DNA of 64,000 nt. Origin: Thiotrichaceae bacterium. GTDB taxonomy: Bacteria; Pseudomonadota; Gammaproteobacteria; UBA5859. The notes under the pieces are model-generated. The model did not search any database, was not told the origin of the DNA, and saw only the letters and a program-made list of their open reading frames with translations. The DNA lies in assembly GCA_041940025.1 (NCBI GenBank), contig JBGTSY010000005.1, forward strand, positions 68,741 through 132,740, in the 5' to 3' direction. Positions within the stretch are counted from its first letter, which is position 1, and every line of letters starts with the position of its first letter. This document shows, in pieces, positions 19,193 to 29,927 of the stretch. The translations under genes and the position numbers were made by a program.

Positions 19193-21301
19193 ATGGCCGC
19201 ACATCAAGATGAGGTACCGAATAGCGCTGAAACAGAGATCGATTTAAGATCTGGAGCGCTCTATTTTAATCGCGAACTCTCGATGATTAAATTTTATCGG
19301 CGAATTTTAGAACTCGCAGAAGATGAGTCTATTCCGCTTTTAGAGCGATTGCGGTTTTTGTGTATCTCCACAGCCACGTTAGATGAGTTTTTTGAAATCC
19401 GTGTTGCAGGTCTAAAAGAGAAAGCTGAAATTGCACCCAATTACAGTGAGTCGGATCAGATCCCAGTCCATGAAGTGTTGCGTCGAGTGAAGGAAGATGT
19501 ACAACAACTTGTGGATAACCAATATCAACTTTTGCATCAGGATATCTATCCCGCCTTGGAAGCTGAGGGTATTCACTATCTTCCTAGTGTGAAGTGGCGA
19601 TCGTCCCAGCGTGCGTGGTTACATCAATATTTTTTGGAAAACCTGCTACCCGTGCTCAGTCCGCAGGGACTGGATCCGGCGCATCCATTTCCTTCTATAA
19701 TCAACAAGGGACTGGCGTTTATTGTGTCTCTGAAAGGCAAGGATGCGTTTGGTCGCACCAGCCGCTGGGCAGTGATTCAGGCACCCCGATCCTTGCCCAG
19801 AGTGATAATCCTCCCCACGGAAGAAGCACAACAAAACCATCAGTTTGTTTTGTTGTCCTCCATTATTCAAGAATTTGGTGATGAACTCTTCCATGGCGTC
19901 AGCGTGGAAGGCATGTATCAGTTTCGAGTCACTCGTAATAGTGATCTGTTTGTAGACGAAGAAGAGATCGATGACTTATTGCGTGCCGTGCAAGGCGAGT
20001 TAGCCGCAAGGCGGCATGGTGAGGCGGTTCGCCTGGAGATCGATCAATCTTGCCCAGACTCCATTGTTGAGTTTTTATTGGCTACACTAAAACTGTCCTC
20101 ACAAGATCTTTATAAAGTGGCGGGGCCAGTCAACTTGCATCGGTTGATTTCACTGTGTGATTTAGAAGATAAAAACCATTTACGCTATCCAACTTTTACG
20201 CCAGCCTTACCGAAAAACTTGGAAGGTAACCCGGAAATCTTTTCCGTATTGCGTAAAAAGGATGAGTTGACGCATCATCCGTTTGACTCTTTTCTACCCT
20301 TTATCGATTTTCTACGTCAGGCGGCAAACGATCCCTCGGTGTTGGCAATCAAACAAACGCTTTACCGAACCTCTGCTAAATCCGCTGTGGTGGACGCATT
20401 GGTTAACGCTGCCCAAAACGGTAAGGAAGTCACCGTGGTCATTGAACTCAAGGCTCGTTTTGATGAAGCGGCCAACATCAAGCTGGCAAATCGCTTACAA
20501 AAGGCTGGTGCGCAGGTGGTGTATGGCGTCGTGGGCTACAAAACCCATGTGAAGATGGCGTTGGTGGTTCGTCGCGAAGAGAAAGCACTGATGCGTTATG
20601 TGCATTTAAGTACGGGCAATTATCATCCCAATACTGCACGACTGTATACAGACTATGGACTCTTTACTTCAGACAAAAAAATAGGTGAAGACGTGCATAA
20701 CATTTTTATGCAGTTAACGAGTTTAGGCAAAGTACAAAAACTACATTATCTGCTACAGGCGCCATTTAATTTACATTCTGAATTGATAGATCGGATAGAG
20801 CGAGAAGCAGAAAATTCACTGGCGGGCAAACCGGCACGCATCATTGCTAAAATGAATTCAATCATCGATCCTGAAATTATTCGCGCACTGTATAAAGCAT
20901 CCCAAGCAGGCGTACAAATTGATCTGATTATTCGTGGGATCTGTGCATTACGCCCAGCAGTGCCAGGTGTATCCGACAATATTCGTGTGCGATCCATTTT
21001 GGGTCGATTTTTAGAACACACTCGTGTGTACTATTTTAAAAATGGTGAGAACGATGAGCTTTTTTGTGCCAGTGCAGACTGGATGCCCAGAAACTTTGTT
21101 CGCCGAGTCGAGTTGGCTTTTCCGATCCATTCAAAGAAATTGAAAGATCAAATTTTGGGGGATTTGGAACTCTATCTGCAAGATACGAAAAACTGTTGGC
21201 ACCTCAATAGTGATGGGATTTATGTGCGCGAGATAGATCCTGAACAGCCAGCGATATCTGCCCAAGAACAATTGATGAGTTGGGCAGAAAACAGAATCTA
21301 G
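19193..21301 (+). CDS. ppk1: Polyphosphate kinase 1
   Basis: YFNRELS, LDEFFEIRVAGL, HHPFDSF, IKQTLYRT, ELKARFDE, TGNYH, GRFLEHTR, SADWMPRN; start placed at ATG 19193. Confidence 0.97.
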   Translation: MAAHQDEVPNSAETEIDLRSGALYFNRELSMIKFYRRILELAEDESIPLLERLRFLCISTATLDEFFEIRVAGLKEKAEIAPNYSESDQIPVHEVLRRVKEDVQQLVDNQYQLLHQDIYPALEAEGIHYLPSVKWRSSQRAWLHQYFLENLLPVLSPQGLDPAHPFPSIINKGLAFIVSLKGKDAFGRTSRWAVIQAPRSLPRVIILPTEEAQQNHQFVLLSSIIQEFGDELFHGVSVEGMYQFRVTRNSDLFVDEEEIDDLLRAVQGELAARRHGEAVRLEIDQSCPDSIVEFLLATLKLSSQDLYKVAGPVNLHRLISLCDLEDKNHLRYPTFTPALPKNLEGNPEIFSVLRKKDELTHHPFDSFLPFIDFLRQAANDPSVLAIKQTLYRTSAKSAVVDALVNAAQNGKEVTVVIELKARFDEAANIKLANRLQKAGAQVVYGVVGYKTHVKMALVVRREEKALMRYVHLSTGNYHPNTARLYTDYGLFTSDKKIGEDVHNIFMQLTSLGKVQKLHYLLQAPFNLHSELIDRIEREAENSLAGKPARIIAKMNSIIDPEIIRALYKASQAGVQIDLIIRGICALRPAVPGVSDNIRVRSILGRFLEHTRVYYFKNGENDELFCASADWMPRNFVRRVELAFPIHSKKLKDQILGDLELYLQDTKNCWHLNSDGIYVREIDPEQPAISAQEQLMSWAENRI

Positions 21302-22794
21302 TATTCACTGATTGTGAATTCTATTCCGATTTTTTTTAGCTCTTCTCTCTCTTGTTTTAAATCTTCGTGAGTGAGAGGGTGATCCTGCAACCAGCCACGT
21401 TTAAATTGAATCGATATCTTGCCTGTTTTCGCTTTAACACGAAACAGTAGCAGATCTCGAAAACTGCGGCTGCGGTTCAATTGAACACTGATGCGCAATA
21501 ATGCGATTAGCGGCAATATCGGCGCAACGAGAGGATCTTGTATGCTAGAGCAAAATTCTGACTTGATGGTGCGTCGGTGCTGTCGCACCAGGGTGGCCAA
21601 TAGATGCTGATCGTTTTTTGAAAAACCCGGCAAGTCTGCCACTGCGAGTATATTTGCACCGTGATGATGGTGCTGGCTATGGGAGATGGCCAAGCCAAGT
21701 TCATGAGTTTGGCAGGCCCAGCATAGCAGTTTTTTAGACTCTTCTGTGTCGATATTCCAAGAGTGTGCACAAGCGTCAAAGAGTTTAAACGCACAGGTGG
21801 TGACCGCTTCCGCATGGAGTTCATCTACTTGAAATCGTTTGCCAATGGATTTGACGCTGAGATTTCGCACATCATGATGATGATGACGACCCAGTAAATC
21901 AATCAGTATGCCCTCTCTAAGGGCACCGTCAGTGACTTCGATGGAATCTATCTCCATCAGGGTCATGAGATTGAGCACAATGACGCATCCCCCCAGGAAT
22001 ACCGGAGATCGTCTGGCGCTCAAGCCCGCCAACTGGATCTTGTTGGCGACCTGATTCTGTTTAAGAGACATCACAAGATCATGCAGTGCCTGGCGCTGAA
22101 TGTTTCCACTAGGTGTGTCACCGAAGTTAAGTACTTGGTCGATTGCGCTCAAAGTACCCGAAGTGCCCACTGCCTGATCCCATCCTAAACGCGCATACTG
22201 GGCCAGGTAGGGTTCTATTTCCAAACCAACGGCCAATTGCGCCGCTTTTAAGTTTTTTTCTGAAATCTTATTGTCTGCAAAACAGCGTTGCATGATGTCC
22301 ACGCAGCCAATATCCAGACTTTCTAATAACAGAGGTTCCGACTGGTTTCCCAAAATCAGCTCGGAGCTACCCCCACCCACATCAATGATTAACCTTTGGG
22401 TATCAGTTGGGGCGAGCGTGTGGCGGGCACCCAAGTAAATGAGGCGTGCTTCTTCCCGACCGGAGATAATTTCAATTTTGTGATCCAGAGTGCGTTCTGC
22501 TTGTTCAAAAAAAGACTTGGGCCCAAGGGTACGTCGCAGCGCACTGGTACCCACCACCCGAGTATGCAGTGCCGGTACACTACGTAGACGTTGCTGGAAT
22601 TTTGCTAAACTTTGAAGTGCTCGCTCACAGGCAGCAGAAGACAACTCACCTTCTTCGTTGAGTCCTTCTGCCAGACGCACCATGTCTTTTACTCTATCCA
22701 GAGTGGAGAAACCATGTTCCGTCTCTTTTGCGACCAGTAAGTGAAAACTGTTTGAGCCCAAATCCAGGGCAGCGAATTGGGAGGGGTCAATCAT
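21298..22794 (-). CDS. ppx: Exopolyphosphatase Ppx/GppA
   Basis: ALDLGSNSFHL, GTSALR, ISGREEARLIY, IDVGGGSSE, GALREG and an HD-like C-terminal region; convergent with ppk1. Confidence 0.95.
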   Translation of the reverse strand: MIDPSQFAALDLGSNSFHLLVAKETEHGFSTLDRVKDMVRLAEGLNEEGELSSAACERALQSLAKFQQRLRSVPALHTRVVGTSALRRTLGPKSFFEQAERTLDHKIEIISGREEARLIYLGARHTLAPTDTQRLIIDVGGGSSELILGNQSEPLLLESLDIGCVDIMQRCFADNKISEKNLKAAQLAVGLEIEPYLAQYARLGWDQAVGTSGTLSAIDQVLNFGDTPSGNIQRQALHDLVMSLKQNQVANKIQLAGLSARRSPVFLGGCVIVLNLMTLMEIDSIEVTDGALREGILIDLLGRHHHHDVRNLSVKSIGKRFQVDELHAEAVTTCAFKLFDACAHSWNIDTEESKKLLCWACQTHELGLAISHSQHHHHGANILAVADLPGFSKNDQHLLATLVRQHRRTIKSEFCSSIQDPLVAPILPLIALLRISVQLNRSRSFRDLLLFRVKAKTGKISIQFKRGWLQDHPLTHEDLKQEREELKKIGIEFTISEY

Positions 22795-23299
22795 CGGATC
22801 AAATTAATTAAATTCTTGTGAGCGAGGAGACGCTAAATTACCACTAAGTGGATTGAGTTTATATAACTGAAATCAAATAAATAGTTGTGGTGCTCGATAG
22901 CGTCACATTATTCACTTGTGGCTGTCGCTACCCTCGTGCAACTGATTGACTCCTGATTCTAAATTTGTTCGACATTTTTTGTGCCACATTTGGTTCATCA
23001 GCTCAGCGTTCGAATTATCTCTCTGTGCACTTTGTCGGATTGGCACCAACTAAATTGATTCGTGGGTATGTTTAGCCAAAAGTTAACTTGATATTTGGTT
23101 CAAGAAAAAGTAAAAGTGTTAGATGATTAAAAAAAATAATTAGTTGGTCATATAAATAGTTAGTCTGCACTATTAGTTTGTTGTTTGTCGTTAGTGTAAA
23201 AACTTGCCCCCGCTTAGATCTGGGCAATCGAGATTGTCACAATTCACTACTAAAAGGGGGTCGTGGTAGAGGAATCCTGTCTTCAGGGAGACACTACTG

Positions 23300-26200
23300 A
23301 TGGATGACAAAAAAAATAGAAAGTGGTCTAGTCTGTTGTTAGTTCTGTTGTGTTTAAAGCACGACTTTCCGAAAAAATGGTATTTCGGGCTTTTAATGAT
23401 TCTGTCTGTGAGCACGCCCGTTTCTTCTACCGATTTTTCAGGTTGTCGGTGGGGTTCCATGCTTGTGGATCCGAATGATCCCGTTTGCGCTCTGATTTGT
23501 GTTGTCACCTTTCCATCAACTTTTGCATGCTATTTTCAAAATGAAATTCAGTCACGTTGTGAAGCAGCGTGCGGTAATACCAATGAAAAGACCTGCCCAG
23601 AAGGTAATCCTATAGATTTGGCTGATGGGACTAAATACATGACTGAAGTGGATTATCAGCAGGAGAGTGCTTTTCCACTTCATATTACGCGCTACTACAG
23701 CAGTGCGATGGCGACACCGGAGGGAAACTTTGGTAGTCATTGGCGTGGTGCAGATGTGGCCACGGTGGAGTCGAGGCGTTATCAACCAGAAGGTCAGCCG
23801 GCATACGATATTTTTACAGTGATCCGTCCCGATGGTCGTCGAATAAAATTTAAACCCACCACTGCTGGTCAGACGACACCACTCAAAAGTAATACCAAAG
23901 AAGTGTTAACCGCCTTTAATTATGGGGATGGAAATATATGGGAGTTAAAGTTAGCAGATGGCGGAATTGAAATTTATGAGCTAGATATTGACGAATTCAG
24001 TGCTACTCTATTTTATCGTTCGACAATACTGTGGATCCAGAATCCACAGGGCTTGCGTCAGTACTACACCTATGACGCAGAAGACAGAGTACAACGCATC
24101 GAAGATGCTTATGGTACTGGCATCAATTATACCTACAGCACGGACGGGCTGAATTTAATCACTCAAATCGATGTGGATGGGGGACAGACCTTTCGCTACG
24201 AATATGATGCCGATCACAATCTGGTCGCGGTCGTCTATCCCGACGAGACACCTGATCCCAGCGATAATCCCCGTAAACAATACCACTACGAAAGCCCACA
24301 TTTCAGCTATCTGTTAACTGGAATCACAGACGAAAACGGTGATCGTTTTGCCACTTATGATTATGACAGTGGTGGTCGGGCGATACTCAGCGAACACGAT
24401 GGTGGCGCCGATCGTCTGGAAATTGTTGAGATGGCCGCCGACGAAACTGATTCAAGACTATCCATGACCCGTACCATCAACGCCAAGGGCAAGGAAACCG
24501 TGTACCACTTCGAAACGGTAGGACCAGACGATGGTCTAGTGCGCCGATTAGTCTCCGTAGATGGCGTCCCCACTGAAAACTGTGTAGGTGGCACTAAGTA
24601 TCGCACCTATGACAGCAATAGCCATCTGGCTTCTAGTACCGACTGGAACGGTATGCTCACCACCTATAGTCATAACAGTTTGGGACAGGAAATCTTCCGC
24701 ACCGAGGCAGTGGGCACACCTGCAGAGCGTAGTATTAGTACTAGCTGGCACACCAGTCATTATAAACCCACGCAAATTGTAGAGCCCAATAAAACCACCG
24801 ACATGACATACGATAGTCGAGGTCGTATGTTGACACGTACCGAGACGGATACGCGCAGTGCCACGACACCGTACAGCACCAATGGTAACAATCGCAGTTG
24901 GAGTTATAGCTACGGCGCAAATGAGTTATTAGAAGAAGTAGACGGGCCGCGCACGGATGTCACCGATACCACTACGTTCGAATATGATGCCTTAGGTAAT
25001 GTCACCAAGGTGATCAATGCCCTGGGCCACGAAACCTTGGTATTAAACCGAGATGCGCAAGGGTTGCCCACACTCACTGAAGATGCAAACGGTGTGCAGA
25101 CTGCGCTGAGTTATACCCCTCGAGGTTGGTTGGCCAGTCGCACGGTGGACGGTAGCGCCACCACCCAATTTGTTTACGACGCAGCGGGTCAGGTGACACA
25201 AATCACATTGCCCAATGGCAGCACGCTTGACTACAGCTACGATGGGGCTCACCGACTCACAGAAATCAGCAATCAATTGGGTGAGCGCATCGAATACCAA
25301 TTGGACGCCCTGGGCGGGCGTGTCGCCGAAACTATCTACTCCGACACCAACAGCATTGTGCGCACGCAGTCACGGGTGTTTGATGATTTAGGTCGATTGA
25401 TACAGGATTTGGGCGCCAATGGCCAGGTGATGTCCTACACCTTAGACGCGGAAGGCAATCGCACCGCCATCAATGATGGCGTGCATCCCGCGACTACCCA
25501 AGCCTTTGATGGTCTCAATCGTTTAATCCTCACCGTCGATCCCGCCGGGGGTACCACTGCCTACAGCTATGATGGTCAGGACAACCTCACCTCAGTGAAT
25601 GATCCGCGCAATCTCACCACCAACTACACCTACGATGGTTTGGGTAATCTGATTCAGGTGGAATCGCCGGATACAGGCACCACGGTGAATGAATATGATG
25701 CGACGGGTAATTTGGTCCGTCAGACCGATGCCCGCGGCGTGGTCACCGACTACAGCTACGATGCACTCAATCGCTTGTTGACCAAAACTTATCCGGCCAG
25801 CCCGGCTTTGGATGTGACCTATAGTTATGATGACACTGCCGGGGGGAACTACGGCATTGGCCGCTTGACCCAAGTGCAGGACAACAGCGGCAGCAGCAGT
25901 TACGAATATGATGCCCGTGGCAACTTGGTGCGTGAAGTGCGGCTGGTGGAAGGCCACAACTATATTACGCAATACGACTATGATGCTGCGGATAATCTGG
26001 TGGAAATCACCTACCCGAGTGGCCGCATCGTAGAATACAGCCGTGATGCTCTGGGCCGAGTGACTTCGGTGCGCACCAAAGACAGTCTGTTAGCGAGTTG
26101 GCAAACGGTGGCGGAGAATATCGCCTATCTACCTTTTGGACCCGTTAGTAGCCTCACTTACGGAAACGGTCTGGAGACCAGTTTTGTCTATGACCAAGAT

Positions 26201-28300
26201 TTTCGTCTCACCAATCTCCATACTGGTCAGGGCGCGCTAAACCTACAACAACTGGTTTACAACTACGACACACTCAACAACATCACTGCCATCGCCAATA
26301 ATCTGGATCCCAGTCAGTCGCAAAGCTTTAGCTATGACGCGCTCAACCGACTCAGTGCGGCAGCAGGCGGTTACGGTGCCTTGCTCTATGAGTACGATGC
26401 GGTAGGTAATCGCACCAGTCGGGTGAACGGCACCATTGCGCTAAGTGAAACCTACCACTATGCGGGGGACAGCAATCGCCTGCTCGGTGTCGACCAAACC
26501 CTGGACGGCGTGGCCGACAGCCGGGCCCTGAGCTATACCGCTGCGGGCAACCTGGCGTCGGATGCCAACAGCAGTCGTTCATTGAATTTGGATTACGACG
26601 ACACGAATCGGCTGCGCACAGTAAGCGAAGGCGGCAGCACCATTGGCGAGTATCTCTACAACGCCCTGGGTCAGCGGGTGCGCAAGACGGCGGCAGGGCA
26701 GCCACTGCATTTTGTCTATGGTCAGAATGGTCAACTGTTAGCGGAGAGTCAGGATGATGGCTCCCCGGTGCGGGATTATATCTATCTGGATGGCTTGCGC
26801 TTGGCTATGGTTTCCTCCACCGGTCCAGCCCCCGACCAAGCAGATGTGGGGGTGAGTCTGGCTGTCACCCACAGCGGTGTGGATGTGACCTATGATATAG
26901 AAGTCGCCAACACCGGGCCGGACAATGCCGCCAATGTGGTGTTGAATCACACAACCGGAGGGGAGTTGTCTATACAATCCTTCAGCGCCTCCGCCGGCAG
27001 TTGTAGCTTGGTTACGCCACAACAACTGGATTGCGACTTAGGCACCCTGGCCAATGCCGCCACAGTGACCATATCGGTGGTGGCGCTTCTCTCCAATGCG
27101 GATGTGGATGTGACTGACATTCTGCAAGTGGATGTGAGCAGTGACACATTAGATCCGGTGAACAGCAATAACAGTGATTCCTGGCAGGAAGGCACCGGTG
27201 GCGGGGGTGGCGGTTGTGGCGCATCGGCCGCGGCGCTGGATACACCGCAAATGGCCTACCTGGATATTATGCGCACGTTCCGTGATGGTTACATGATGCC
27301 TTATGAGGTAGGGCGTTGGTTGACTCGGGCATATTACGATGCCTCACCCACAGTGGTGGCTTGGTTCGAGGCCCATCCCTGGCTGAAGGTGCCGGCACGA
27401 TTGCTGTTATGGCTGGCCATTGGCGTTGCGTGGTTGATTCAAGCGTCTTGGAAAGTACAACTAGCGGTGTGCGTTTCTGCCGCCGGGCTGACTATGGCAT
27501 TTAAACTGGGTATGGGCAGTTGGCTCTGGTCCATCAATCTGGTACGGGGCCTGTTGGCTATTGCTGGATTGGCGCTGGCAAGTGCCCTTTTTGCAAGTAG
27601 TCAGGCACAGGCAGGGGATCTGTTATTTTTTCATAACGATCACCTGGGCACGGCACAAGTCATCACCGATGCAAGTCAGACGGTGGTGTGGCAGGCGGAG
27701 CAGCAACCCTTTGGTGAAGTAACCACTAGCGTCTCATCACAAGAGAATCCCACTCGCCTTCCGGGCCAATATTATGACGGGGAGAGTGGCTTACATTACA
27801 ACATGATGCGGGACTATGATCCCACTCTTGGGCGCTATGTGCAGAGTGATCCGATTGGATTACAAGGAGGGGTAAATACGTATGCCTATGCAGTGGGCAA
27901 TCCGATAACTTATGCGGATCCTACGGGTGAATTTTTTGCTCTACTAAATCCCTATACTATGGTGGGGTTGACTGGCTTTGTCGTGTTGATGCAAGGTTAC
28001 ATGGACTTTGTGACTGCGGTTAATAGTAATCCTGCGATATCTGTGGATCCTATGTTTTATTGGGTTGCATTGGCATTACTGACATATAATATGTCCTTTG
28101 AAGGCGATGAGGTTTGTGAAGAAGAAGTAGATTGTTTTGAATGGATGAAGGTATTAAATATGGAATACGCACAAATAAGTAGTATGAAAAGAAATGGTAA
28201 AGATACACGATTTTTAGAACTACAGCACAATCGATCGGTTGATGTTTTCTGCAATGATCCAGATTGCGGGTATCTATGTGGTAGAGTTAATCGATTTTAA
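23300..28300 (+). CDS. Rhs/YD-repeat polymorphic toxin: hydrophobic N-terminus, DUF6531-like region, YD repeats, inserted DUF11-like and CFI-box-CTERM-like/TM segment, Rhs core, variable CT
   Basis: GNPIDLADG...TRYYSS...FGSHW; many YDxxGxL repeats; FHNDHLGT...RLPGQYYDGESGLHYN...YDPTLGRYVQSDPIG...DPTG; CT about 123 aa from 27929. Confidence 0.95.
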   Translation: MDDKKNRKWSSLLLVLLCLKHDFPKKWYFGLLMILSVSTPVSSTDFSGCRWGSMLVDPNDPVCALICVVTFPSTFACYFQNEIQSRCEAACGNTNEKTCPEGNPIDLADGTKYMTEVDYQQESAFPLHITRYYSSAMATPEGNFGSHWRGADVATVESRRYQPEGQPAYDIFTVIRPDGRRIKFKPTTAGQTTPLKSNTKEVLTAFNYGDGNIWELKLADGGIEIYELDIDEFSATLFYRSTILWIQNPQGLRQYYTYDAEDRVQRIEDAYGTGINYTYSTDGLNLITQIDVDGGQTFRYEYDADHNLVAVVYPDETPDPSDNPRKQYHYESPHFSYLLTGITDENGDRFATYDYDSGGRAILSEHDGGADRLEIVEMAADETDSRLSMTRTINAKGKETVYHFETVGPDDGLVRRLVSVDGVPTENCVGGTKYRTYDSNSHLASSTDWNGMLTTYSHNSLGQEIFRTEAVGTPAERSISTSWHTSHYKPTQIVEPNKTTDMTYDSRGRMLTRTETDTRSATTPYSTNGNNRSWSYSYGANELLEEVDGPRTDVTDTTTFEYDALGNVTKVINALGHETLVLNRDAQGLPTLTEDANGVQTALSYTPRGWLASRTVDGSATTQFVYDAAGQVTQITLPNGSTLDYSYDGAHRLTEISNQLGERIEYQLDALGGRVAETIYSDTNSIVRTQSRVFDDLGRLIQDLGANGQVMSYTLDAEGNRTAINDGVHPATTQAFDGLNRLILTVDPAGGTTAYSYDGQDNLTSVNDPRNLTTNYTYDGLGNLIQVESPDTGTTVNEYDATGNLVRQTDARGVVTDYSYDALNRLLTKTYPASPALDVTYSYDDTAGGNYGIGRLTQVQDNSGSSSYEYDARGNLVREVRLVEGHNYITQYDYDAADNLVEITYPSGRIVEYSRDALGRVTSVRTKDSLLASWQTVAENIAYLPFGPVSSLTYGNGLETSFVYDQDFRLTNLHTGQGALNLQQLVYNYDTLNNITAIANNLDPSQSQSFSYDALNRLSAAAGGYGALLYEYDAVGNRTSRVNGTIALSETYHYAGDSNRLLGVDQTLDGVADSRALSYTAAGNLASDANSSRSLNLDYDDTNRLRTVSEGGSTIGEYLYNALGQRVRKTAAGQPLHFVYGQNGQLLAESQDDGSPVRDYIYLDGLRLAMVSSTGPAPDQADVGVSLAVTHSGVDVTYDIEVANTGPDNAANVVLNHTTGGELSIQSFSASAGSCSLVTPQQLDCDLGTLANAATVTISVVALLSNADVDVTDILQVDVSSDTLDPVNSNNSDSWQEGTGGGGGGCGASAAALDTPQMAYLDIMRTFRDGYMMPYEVGRWLTRAYYDASPTVVAWFEAHPWLKVPARLLLWLAIGVAWLIQASWKVQLAVCVSAAGLTMAFKLGMGSWLWSINLVRGLLAIAGLALASALFASSQAQAGDLLFFHNDHLGTAQVITDASQTVVWQAEQQPFGEVTTSVSSQENPTRLPGQYYDGESGLHYNMMRDYDPTLGRYVQSDPIGLQGGVNTYAYAVGNPITYADPTGEFFALLNPYTMVGLTGFVVLMQGYMDFVTAVNSNPAISVDPMFYWVALALLTYNMSFEGDEVCEEEVDCFEWMKVLNMEYAQISSMKRNGKDTRFLELQHNRSVDVFCNDPDCGYLCGRVNRF

Positions 28301-28320
28301 TAATTGATAGAAAAACGGCT

Positions 28321-28590
28321 ATGAATCTAAAAGTTGAATTAGTAAAAGAATACAAAGAAAGAGGTGTTCCTATTTCCCTTGATGAATTTAAAGAGAGCAA
28401 TAGACACATTTTAGAAAAATCACCAGATAATATTGAAAATATGCCTCAACTAGACGATGTTTATGGATTGTCATTTGAGCAGCTAGAAGAATTGATTAAT
28501 TATTATGGGTCAGGGTTTCTATTTAACGATCATATCGAATCGCTTGTTAAGACTCGATATCAGATAACTTCTATAGAAAAGAAGAGATAG
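28321..28590 (+). CDS. Putative cognate immunity protein
   Basis: Small AT-rich ORF 20 bp after the Rhs stop codon; called by position only. Confidence 0.6.
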   Translation: MNLKVELVKEYKERGVPISLDEFKESNRHILEKSPDNIENMPQLDDVYGLSFEQLEELINYYGSGFLFNDHIESLVKTRYQITSIEKKR

Positions 28591-28716
28591 CAAATGGCCT
28601 GGATGCAGCGTGCGAAAGGAAGTGTTATAAATTCTGTGTCTTTTCATTTTGACCGTAAGAGATGTCTTGTCGATACAAGTTATATAGTGCCACCAGCTCG
28701 TTACTAGGAATGCAGA

Positions 28717-28905
28717 ATGGATGCTACCGATGAAGATGTTAAACGCGGTCTTTCTCATCTTGATAAAGAAGACTACGAGCATGCATTTAAAATACTTTTG
28801 CCATGTGCAAATAATGGGAATTTGGAAGCCCAAGCTAGTATTGGCGTGATGTATCAACTTGGCTTGGGTGTAGAACGAAATGTAAAAAGAGGGGGTCAAG
28901 TATAA
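28717..28905 (+). pseudogene. Truncated Sel1-repeat protein (immunity-like)
   Basis: AFKILLPCANNGNLEAQASIGVMYQLGLGVERN is a Sel1 repeat; the ORF runs into the GGGGGTCAAG repeat. Confidence 0.65.
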
Positions 28906-29100
28906 TGTTGACGGTTTGGGCTATGTACCTGGCCCAGGAGGTAGGGAATTGTAAGCTGAAAGAAATCGCGCAAGCGTGTGGTTGAAAGAGGTCGGAAATA
29001 ATACCGGGTACAATTAGAAAACTATTGAATAAATGTGAAGATGCCCCAGTTTTGCTGAGAAAGGTTGAGCGTATAAAGCGTGAATAATAGTCCTGACTCC
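28891..29100 (+). repeat. About 210 bp repeat, copy 1; encodes an HTH tail resembling RAYT/IS200-like transposase C-termini
   Basis: Translates to VWAMYLAQEVGNCKLKEIAQACGLKRSEIIPGTIRKLL...KVERIKRE*; bounded by GGGGGTCA and TCCTGACTCC; second copy at 40707-40913. Confidence 0.7.
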
Positions 29101-29117
29101 ATATGCTTGTCTTATCT

Positions 29118-29686
29118 TTTCAAGTCATCAGGTACAGGTTAGGGATCTGTTATTTTTTCATAACGATCACCTGGGCACGGCGCAAGTCATCACCGATGAA
29201 AACCAGACGGTGGTGTGGCAGGCCGAGTAGCAACCTTTTGTTGAAGTGAGCACTAGCGTCTCTTCTCAAGAGAATCCCACTCGCCTTCCGGGCCAATATT
29301 ACGACGGGGAGAGTGGCTTACATTACAACTACTTCAGGGATTATGATCCAAGTCTAGGTAGGTATGTGCAGCGTGATCCTATTGGGTTGAATGGAGGGTT
29401 GAATAGTTATGTATACGCGGCAAATCAACCCACGATAAATGTAGATCCAAAGGGAGATAATCCGTTTCTCATTTGGCTCGTTCGTGCGGGATTTTTCTGG
29501 ATTTGTTACCATGATTGCACGACAAGTTTTCCATTTCCAGATGCTCCTGAGTGTGGTATGCCTGATGAAGCCACGAAGAATTGAGCCAGAGCTGGGTGTG
29601 TTCTTTCATGTGCGATAGATTTAAGACCCAAACCGAAACTGCCGTGGTCGAAGAAACCCCTATATCCACCTGATGATGTACAATAA
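29118..29686 (+). pseudogene. Orphan Rhs core plus CT (cassette 1)
   Basis: Near-identical to main rhs ~27590-27900; in-frame TAG at 29228 and TGA at 29582; DPKG followed by a Cys-containing CT. Confidence 0.85.
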
Positions 29687-29714
29687 TTTTACAAAATGAA
29701 ACCTATTGGAAATC

Positions 29715-29927
29715 ATGGTTAAAAACTGTTTTCGTATAATCGGTGTTTTGGTGTCAGTATTAGCAATCTATTTTTCAATTGCACATTGGGCACAAAATGG
29801 TTTTTCTCTAGAAAGAATATTGCCTGGACATAGGGAGTTTGGAGTTCATGAGCTACATATAGCGATGTTAGGAATAATCGCTATTATTTATTTCTATATA
29901 GATTATTCTCATTCGAACAAAAACTAA
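29715..29927 (+). CDS. Small membrane protein, putative immunity for cassette 1
   Basis: Two hydrophobic segments; lies just after the CT. Confidence 0.55.
   Translation: MVKNCFRIIGVLVSVLAIYFSIAHWAQNGFSLERILPGHREFGVHELHIAMLGIIAIIYFYIDYSHSNKN

Noticed and set aside
21298-21301. ppk1 and ppx stop codons overlapping on a CTAG palindrome
   Set aside because: Convergent ppk/ppx with a short overlap is a known, ordinary arrangement
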